NCBI GenBank assembly: GCA_046758745.1
Contig: JBHIAV010000001.1
Location: forward strand, 1-64,000
Direction of reading: 5' to 3'
Length of the DNA: 64,000 nt
From: Gemmatimonadota bacterium
Lineage (GTDB): Bacteria > Gemmatimonadota > Gemmatimonadetes > Palauibacterales > Palauibacteraceae
Shown here in pieces: positions 58,473 to 64,000 of the stretch. Both the position numbers and the translations under genes were made by a program. The notes under the pieces were generated by a model. That model saw only the letters and a program-made list of their open reading frames with translations. It was not told where the DNA came from and ran no database searches. Each line of letters begins with the position of its first letter. Position 1 is the first letter of the stretch.

Positions 58473-59414
58473 TTGGCTGAAGAGAAGGGACTCGACCTGA
58501 GATCGAACCGTCCGCGCCGCTCGCTGTGGCAGAGGATCGTGGACGTGGCGCTCACGGACGTCACCGTCCTCGTACGGGGGATCGACGCCGAGGCCATCGC
58601 GCGGCTCGAGCAGGTGCTGCTCGAGGCCGACTTCGGTGTGGAGGCCTCCCTCGAGCTTGTCTCGGAGCTGGAGAGGGCGGCGCACAGGGGCCAAGTCTCG
58701 ACGGAAGCGCAGCTCCGGGAGCTGCTGGGGCGGAAGATCTCCTCCATTCTCGCGGCCGCGGCGGACGGCGCGAGCCCACCGGCCGAGCCGGCGGGAGATC
58801 CCCGTGTGACGCTGCTGCTCGGGGTCAATGGGACTGGCAAGACCACCTCGGCCGCGAAGCTCGCCCGGCACTATGCCAAGCGCGACGGCCGGGTGCTTCT
58901 GGCGGCTACGGACACCTTCCGGAGCGGCGCGCAGGCGCAGCTCCGCATCTGGGCGGAGCGCGTGGGAGCCGACTTCGTCGGCGGGCAGGCGGGAGCGGAT
59001 CCGGCTTCGGTCGCATACGACGCGGCCCAGGCGGCCAGCGCTCGCGGTATCCGCCGGCTCATCGTGGACACGGCTGGCCGCCTTCACACGCAGCGGGGAC
59101 TGATGGAGGAGCTGAAGAAGATCGACCGCGTCCTCGCGCGGCTCATCGGCGGGGCGCCGCACGAGCGCCTCCTCGTGGTGGATGCCACCTCGGGGCAGAA
59201 CGTGCTCAGCCAGGCGCGCGAGTTCGGCGGCTCCCTGCCGCTCAACGGGCTCTTCCTCGCAAAGTTCGACAGCACGGCGCGCGGCGGCACCGCCGTCGCG
59301 GTGGCTCGCGAGCTTTCGGTGCCGGTGCGCTGGCTCGGCACGGGCGAGAGCGCGGAGGCTCTCGAGCCGTTCGACATCGACCGGTACGTGAGCAGGCTTC
59401 TGTCGACCGGATGA
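58473..59414 (+). CDS. ftsY: Signal recognition particle receptor FtsY (short NG-only form)
   Basis: GVNGTGKTT, DTFR, DTAGRLH, KFDSTARGG, GTGE. Confidence 0.95.
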   Translation: MAEEKGLDLRSNRPRRSLWQRIVDVALTDVTVLVRGIDAEAIARLEQVLLEADFGVEASLELVSELERAAHRGQVSTEAQLRELLGRKISSILAAAADGASPPAEPAGDPRVTLLLGVNGTGKTTSAAKLARHYAKRDGRVLLAATDTFRSGAQAQLRIWAERVGADFVGGQAGADPASVAYDAAQAASARGIRRLIVDTAGRLHTQRGLMEELKKIDRVLARLIGGAPHERLLVVDATSGQNVLSQAREFGGSLPLNGLFLAKFDSTARGGTAVAVARELSVPVRWLGTGESAEALEPFDIDRYVSRLLSTG

Positions 59415-61483
59415 GCGACCGCCGCTCCCTGCTGTATCGGCCCGCGCAGTATCTGAGAGGAGTGGGCCCGCGCCGGGCGGAGCTTCTTGAGCGCCTCGGC
59501 GTGCATACCGGGCGGGACCTCCTGTACCACCTGCCGCATCGCTACGAGGACGCCACCACCGTCGCCCCGATCGGCTCCCTCCAGCCCGGCGACGACGCGA
59601 CCGTCATCGGCCACGTCATCTCGAAGGGGATCCTCCCGACCCGCCGCGGCCTTCGCATCTTCCGGGCGGTGCTCCGGGACGAGTCGGGGCTCATCGAGTG
59701 CGCCTGGCCCGGCCAACCGTGGCTCGACCGAACGGTCGCTCGTGGCGACGTCCTCCTCGTCTCGGGACCCGTCCGCTTCTTCCACGGGCGGCAGCTCCAG
59801 CCGCGAGAGCACACGATCCTCGCCTCGGCGGAGGAGGAAGCGGAGCGAACGGGACGCGTCTTCCCCATCTATCCCGCCACCGAGGGACTCACCCACCGGC
59901 AGATCCGGCGCATCGTCGAGTCGAACCTGGATACCCTCCTCCGCGAGGTGCGCGAGACGTTGCCGGAGAGTTGGCTGACCGACCTCTCCCTGCCGCCGCT
60001 CCCCGATGCGCTCCGGGCTCTCCACCGGCCCGAGCGTCTCTCCGATGTAGAACCGGCGCGCCGCCGGCTCGCCTTCGAGGAGCTCTTCTTCCTACAGCTC
60101 CTCCACGCGCGCGCCCGCGAGCGTCTGCGCCGAGAGGCTCCCGGTCACCCGATGCGGGCGGCTCCCCGGCTGAGCTCGGCCTTTCTCGCGTCCCTGCCGT
60201 TCCGCCTCACCGCGGCTCAGCGGCGCGTGTGGGCGGAGATCGAGGAGGACATGGCGAGCGCCGCAAGGATGTACCGGCTTCTCCAGGGAGACGTCGGGAG
60301 CGGCAAGACGGTGGTGGCCATCGCCGCGATGCTCAAGGCGGTCGAGTGCGGCCACCAGGCCGCGCTGATGGCACCGACAGAGCTCCTCGCCGAGCAGCAC
60401 CTGCGCACGCTCCGAGAGCACGTGTGCGCGCTCGGTCTCGAGCCCGAGCTTCTCACGGGCTCGGTACAGGGACCCTCGCGCGAGCGGCTCCTCCAGCGGG
60501 TGCGTGAGGGCGACGCCCGGCTGGTCGTCGGGACGCACGCCCTGATCCAGGAGGGGGTTTCGTTCCGTTCCCTCGGTCTCGTGGTGGTGGACGAGCAACA
60601 TCGTTTCGGCGTCGACCAGCGCCGGTTGATGCGTGACGCGGGGAGAGCGGCGGACACACTGGTGATGTCCGCCACGCCGATTCCGCGCTCCCTCGCGCTC
60701 ACGCTGTACGGGGATCTGGATCTCTCGGTGATCGATGAGTTGCCTCCCGGGCGGCGGCCGGTGGTCACGGGCATCCGTGGTCCCGAGAGCCGGGAGGTGG
60801 CGTTCGAGTTCGTACGGGAGCAGCTGTGTGCCGGGCGTCAGGCGTATGCGGTGTACCCGCTGATCGAGCAGTCGGAGGCGATCGACGCTCGCGCCGCCGC
60901 CGCCATGCACGAGGCGCACGTCAAGCGCTTCCCGGAGTTCCGCGTCGGCCTCCTGCACGGGCGGCTCAAGCCGGCGGAGAAAGAGGAGATCATGCGCCGC
61001 TTCCTGGCCGGCGAGATCGACCTCCTCGTCACCACGAGCGTCGTAGAGGTGGGGATCGACGTACCCAACGCCACGATCATGATGATCGAAGACGCGGAGC
61101 GCTTCGGGCTTGCCCAACTGCACCAGCTGCGCGGGCGTGTGGGCCGTGGCGCCGAGCAGAGTTACTGCGTGGCGTTCTTCTCCGGCGAGGAACCTCCCGA
61201 GCGCCTGCGGGCCTTCGCGTCGACGACGGACGGCTTCGTCCTGGCGCGGGAGGACCTTCGCCTGCGCGGAGAAGGCAACCTCTTCGGTCTCGAGCAGCAC
61301 GGAGCACCCCAGCTTCGCTTCGCCGACCTGGCGGGGGACGCGGCCCTCCTCGAGGTGGCGCGGCGACGCGCTCGAGCGATCGTCGCCGAGGACCCCGAGC
61401 TGGGTCGGTTGCCTCACCGCCGTTTCGCCCGTGAGCTGGCCGAGCGTTACGCGAGGCACGAGGCGCTGTACGGGATCGGATGA
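59411..61483 (+). CDS. recG: ATP-dependent DNA helicase RecG
   Basis: LQGDVGSGKT, DEQHRFG, MSATPIPR, QLHQLRGRVGRG. Confidence 0.97.
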   Translation: MSDRRSLLYRPAQYLRGVGPRRAELLERLGVHTGRDLLYHLPHRYEDATTVAPIGSLQPGDDATVIGHVISKGILPTRRGLRIFRAVLRDESGLIECAWPGQPWLDRTVARGDVLLVSGPVRFFHGRQLQPREHTILASAEEEAERTGRVFPIYPATEGLTHRQIRRIVESNLDTLLREVRETLPESWLTDLSLPPLPDALRALHRPERLSDVEPARRRLAFEELFFLQLLHARARERLRREAPGHPMRAAPRLSSAFLASLPFRLTAAQRRVWAEIEEDMASAARMYRLLQGDVGSGKTVVAIAAMLKAVECGHQAALMAPTELLAEQHLRTLREHVCALGLEPELLTGSVQGPSRERLLQRVREGDARLVVGTHALIQEGVSFRSLGLVVVDEQHRFGVDQRRLMRDAGRAADTLVMSATPIPRSLALTLYGDLDLSVIDELPPGRRPVVTGIRGPESREVAFEFVREQLCAGRQAYAVYPLIEQSEAIDARAAAAMHEAHVKRFPEFRVGLLHGRLKPAEKEEIMRRFLAGEIDLLVTTSVVEVGIDVPNATIMMIEDAERFGLAQLHQLRGRVGRGAEQSYCVAFFSGEEPPERLRAFASTTDGFVLAREDLRLRGEGNLFGLEQHGAPQLRFADLAGDAALLEVARRRARAIVAEDPELGRLPHRRFARELAERYARHEALYGIG

Positions 61484-61536
61484 GGGGGTGGAGCCACCGT
61501 CTCATCGGGGGTCCGCCGGAACACGTGGGCCCGCCG

Positions 61537-61565
61537 TTGACGACTCTCCGCTGCGTGTCTACTCT
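61537..61565 (+). promoter_or_regulatory. Sigma70 promoter for asnS
   Basis: TTGACG-17 nt-TACTCT. Confidence 0.6.
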
Positions 61566-61634
61566 CCGCGTCGCCCAGCGCCCCGGGCCGTCCGCCACCC
61601 GGAGCCGCCTTTCCCCGATACGATAACCGAGCCC

Positions 61635-62936
61635 ATGGCCGAGAACGTGTGCCCGATTCGCGAGCTGCCCCGGCAAGTCGGGGAGACCGTCACCGTGCGC
61701 GGCTGGGTCCGCCAGTTCCGCTCGAGCGGGAAGATCCTGTTCGTGATCCTGCGCGACGGGACGGGCGAGGTACAGGTGGTGGTGGCCCGAAACGAGGTGG
61801 ACGGGGCGAGCTGGGAGGCGGCTGCCGGTCTCGGCTACGAGGCGAGCGTGATCGTCGACGGCGTGGTATGCGAAGACACGCGGGCCCCCGGCGGCGTGGA
61901 GCTCACGGGCACCCGCATCGAGGTCGTCGGCCCGGCCGTCGACTATCCGATTCAGCCGAAGGAGCACGGGATCGACTTCCTGCTGGACCACCGGCACCTG
62001 TGGCTCCGGCACGAGCGCCAGGCGGCGATCATGCGGGTGCGGGACGAGGTGATCCGCGCTATCCGGGACTTCTTCCACCAGCGGGGCTTTATCCTCATCG
62101 ACACGCCGATCCTCACCGGGGCGATCGGCGAGTCCGCCGGGACGCTTTTCGACACGGAGTACTTCGACATGGGGAAGGCGTATCTGGCGCAGACCGGGCA
62201 GCTCTACGCGGAGGCGGCGGCCGCCGCGCTCGGGAAGGTGTACTGCTTCGGCCCGACCTTCCGTGCCGAGAAGTCTAAGACACGTCGGCACCTGACGGAG
62301 TTCTGGATGGTGGAGCCGGAGGTGGCGTGGCTCGACAGCGACGGCAACATGCGGCTGCAGGAGGAGTTCGTCACCTACATCGTCGAGCGAGTGCTCGAGC
62401 GCCAACGCCCACAGCTCGAGACCCTCGGCCGGGACCTCTCGCGTCTGGAAAAGATCCGGCCGCCCTTCGACCGAGTCAGCTACACGGACGCGGTCGAAGG
62501 GCTGCGGGAGCGTGGAAGCGACATCGAATGGGGCGATGACATGGGGGCGGAGGACGAAACGCTCCTTGCAGAGGGGCGGGAGCTCCCGCTGTTCGTGTAC
62601 GATTACCCACGCGAAGCGAAGGCCTTCTACATGAAGGAAAACCCGGCCGACCCCCGCACGGTGAAGTGCGATGACCTCATCGCGCCGGAGGGGTACGGGG
62701 AGATCATCGGCGGCAGTCAGCGCGAGGACGACTACGACAAGCTCGTGGCGAGGATCCGCGAGGAGGGCCTTCCGGAGGAGGCGTACGGGTGGTACCTGGA
62801 CCTGCGCCGGTACGGTACCTTCCCGCACAGCGGCTTCGGCCTCGGCCTCGAGCGCACGGTGAGCTGGATCTGCGGCCTCCCACACCTGCGTGAGGCGATC
62901 CCCTTTCCGCGCCTCATGAACCGCCTCGCCCCGTAG
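61635..62936 (+). CDS. asnS: Asparagine-tRNA ligase
   Basis: OB fold, QTGQLYAEA, FRAEKSKTRRHLTEFWM, EIIGGSQRE, GFGLGLER. Confidence 0.93.
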   Translation: MAENVCPIRELPRQVGETVTVRGWVRQFRSSGKILFVILRDGTGEVQVVVARNEVDGASWEAAAGLGYEASVIVDGVVCEDTRAPGGVELTGTRIEVVGPAVDYPIQPKEHGIDFLLDHRHLWLRHERQAAIMRVRDEVIRAIRDFFHQRGFILIDTPILTGAIGESAGTLFDTEYFDMGKAYLAQTGQLYAEAAAAALGKVYCFGPTFRAEKSKTRRHLTEFWMVEPEVAWLDSDGNMRLQEEFVTYIVERVLERQRPQLETLGRDLSRLEKIRPPFDRVSYTDAVEGLRERGSDIEWGDDMGAEDETLLAEGRELPLFVYDYPREAKAFYMKENPADPRTVKCDDLIAPEGYGEIIGGSQREDDYDKLVARIREEGLPEEAYGWYLDLRRYGTFPHSGFGLGLERTVSWICGLPHLREAIPFPRLMNRLAP

Positions 62937-62949
62937 CGGGACTGCTCGC

Positions 62950-63136
62950 CCGGTAGGCCGAGGGCCAAGCTCGCCGTAGGCGGACAGCTGGGCTTGCGAT
63001 GAGCAGACAGGCGGGATCGCTGTAGGCAGAGAGCCCGATTTGCTCGTAGGCAGACAGCTCGGCCTATCGTAAGCAGACAGCCAAGCTTGTGGTGGGCGGA
63101 CGGGCAACGTCCGGTAGGCCGACGGCCAAGCTCGCT
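62950..63136. repeat. Array of eight degenerate ~23-bp non-coding tandem repeats
   Basis: Units start at 62953, 62976, 62999, 63022, 63046, 63069, 63092, 63114; consensus GTAGGCAGACAGCCAAGCTYGCN. Confidence 0.85.
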
Positions 63137-63152
63137 CCGATCCCCGTCCGGC

Positions 63153-63180
63153 TGCAACTTTCTTCTCAGCTGCGCCGTAT
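63153..63180 (+). promoter_or_regulatory. Putative ECF-sigma promoter
   Basis: TGCAAC-17 nt-CGTAT, matching the ECF AAC/CGT pattern. Confidence 0.55.
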
Positions 63181-63203
63181 CAGGGTGCGAAAGGAGGGCT
63201 CAC

Positions 63204-63476
63204 ATGGAGGAGCTGCTGTGGCTCGCCCTCACCGGTGGGGCGTCCGCGTTCGGTTATTTCAAGACGAGGGCTTTCGTGCGGGAGCGTCTGCGCTTCGTGG
63301 ATGTGGCCCACAGGGGGGCGGCGCCGGTGATCGCCGGCGCGCTGGCCGCGCTCGTGGCATCGCCACTCGCCCTCCTCCCGGTGATCAACGGGGCGAGCGC
63401 GCTTCTGTTCGGCGTGGGGGTGGGGCTGGGGGCGCGGAAGGGAACCCGGGACGTGAAGCGGATCACCGGGAGCTGA
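63204..63476 (+). CDS. Small hypothetical membrane protein
   Basis: AAGGAGG RBS; 90 aa with Gly/Ala-rich hydrophobic helices. Confidence 0.8.
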   Translation: MEELLWLALTGGASAFGYFKTRAFVRERLRFVDVAHRGAAPVIAGALAALVASPLALLPVINGASALLFGVGVGLGARKGTRDVKRITGS

Positions 63477-63499
63477 ACGGCCGAGCCCTCGCGCGCCCG

Positions 63500-64000
63500 C
63501 TACGTCCCGTCTTCCATCTTCGTCCGCTCCCACAGGGCGTCCAGCGTCTCGAGCGAAGTCTCCGCCGGGTCGATCCCGCTCTCTCGCGCCAGCTCCACAA
63601 CGCGCCGGAATCGCCGAGCGAACTTGTCCGTCGCGCGCTCGAGCGCCACCGATGGATGAACCCCGGCGAGCCGTGCCACGTTGACGGCCGTGAACAGCAG
63701 GTCACCGACCTCCTCCAGGGTTTCGCGGCTCGACTCCGCGTGCGATCCATCCGGGGGATCGGTCGCCCCTGCGGCCGCGGCGAGAAGTCTCTCCAGCTCT
63801 TCCGTCTCCTCGCGCAGCTTCTCCAGCGCGCCGCTCGCCTCCGGCCAGTCGAAGTTGAGGGCGGCCGCCCGCTCCTGGAACCGTGCGGCCCGGCTCAGTG
63901 CCTCCAGGGCGTTCGGGACGCCGGCAAAGGGATCCTGTGTGCGCCCCCGCCGCTCTTGCGCCTTGAGGGCCTCCCACTCGCGGGGCTCGGTCCCCTCGCC
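63500..64000 (-). CDS. mazG: MazG nucleoside triphosphate pyrophosphohydrolase, C-terminal part (5' end outside the window)
   Basis: Own translation of the reverse strand: WEALKAQE...FDWP...KLREE...EEVGDLLF...KFARRF...LDALWERTK. Confidence 0.92.
   Translation of the reverse strand, partial: GEGTEPREWEALKAQERRGRTQDPFAGVPNALEALSRAARFQERAAALNFDWPEASGALEKLREETEELERLLAAAAGATDPPDGSHAESSRETLEEVGDLLFTAVNVARLAGVHPSVALERATDKFARRFRRVVELARESGIDPAETSLETLDALWERTKMEDGT

Noticed and set aside
58526..59411. Long N-terminal extensions of the recG, murD, ftsQ, asnS, larE and pabA ORFs in the six-frame track
   Set aside because: Stop-free upstream frames in GC-rich DNA; more plausible starts with an RBS or stop/start overlap lie downstream
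61635..62936. Non-discriminating AspRS instead of AsnRS
   Set aside because: The motif reads QTGQLYAEA (AsnRS-like GQLxxE), not QSPQLYKQ
62950..63136. CRISPR array interpretation of the 23-bp repeats
   Set aside because: Units are too short, the variable parts still follow a consensus rather than being unique spacers, and no cas genes are present

Overview
A GC-rich (about 70% by eye) bacterial chromosomal segment, almost entirely + strand housekeeping genes. Gene content and order (rplM-rpsI-rpsB-tsf-pyrH-frr; tilS-hpt-ftsH-folP-cdaA; exbB-exbD-exbD-tonB; yggS-divIVA-PNP-ileS-dksA-lspA-rluD; glgB-glgA; tRNA-Val; dcw cluster mraZ to ftsZ; ftsY-recG-asnS; partial mazG) suggest a diderm of the Gemmatimonadota/FCB group (inference). 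The first ~6 kb looks more accessory: bacilliredoxin, a Cys-rich MarR, DUF3052, DUF427, an orphan trpG/pabA, larE with a free LarE-C-terminal-like ORF, and thpR. I saw no transposase, integrase, CRISPR array or defence island. The most notable observations are: (1) an unexplained non-coding array of eight ~23-bp degenerate repeats after asnS, directly upstream of an ECF-type promoter and a small membrane protein; (2) a divergent Cys-rich MarR/bacilliredoxin pair with a visible paired operator; (3) an IleRS2 whose HIGH motif reads GVHH, the swap linked to mupirocin hyper-resistance; (4) a larE / mini-LarE-CTD / thpR unit without other lar genes; (5) several apparently leaderless genes; (6) a terminator-like hairpin in the rplM leader. 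All product calls come from reading motifs by eye; no database searches were run.
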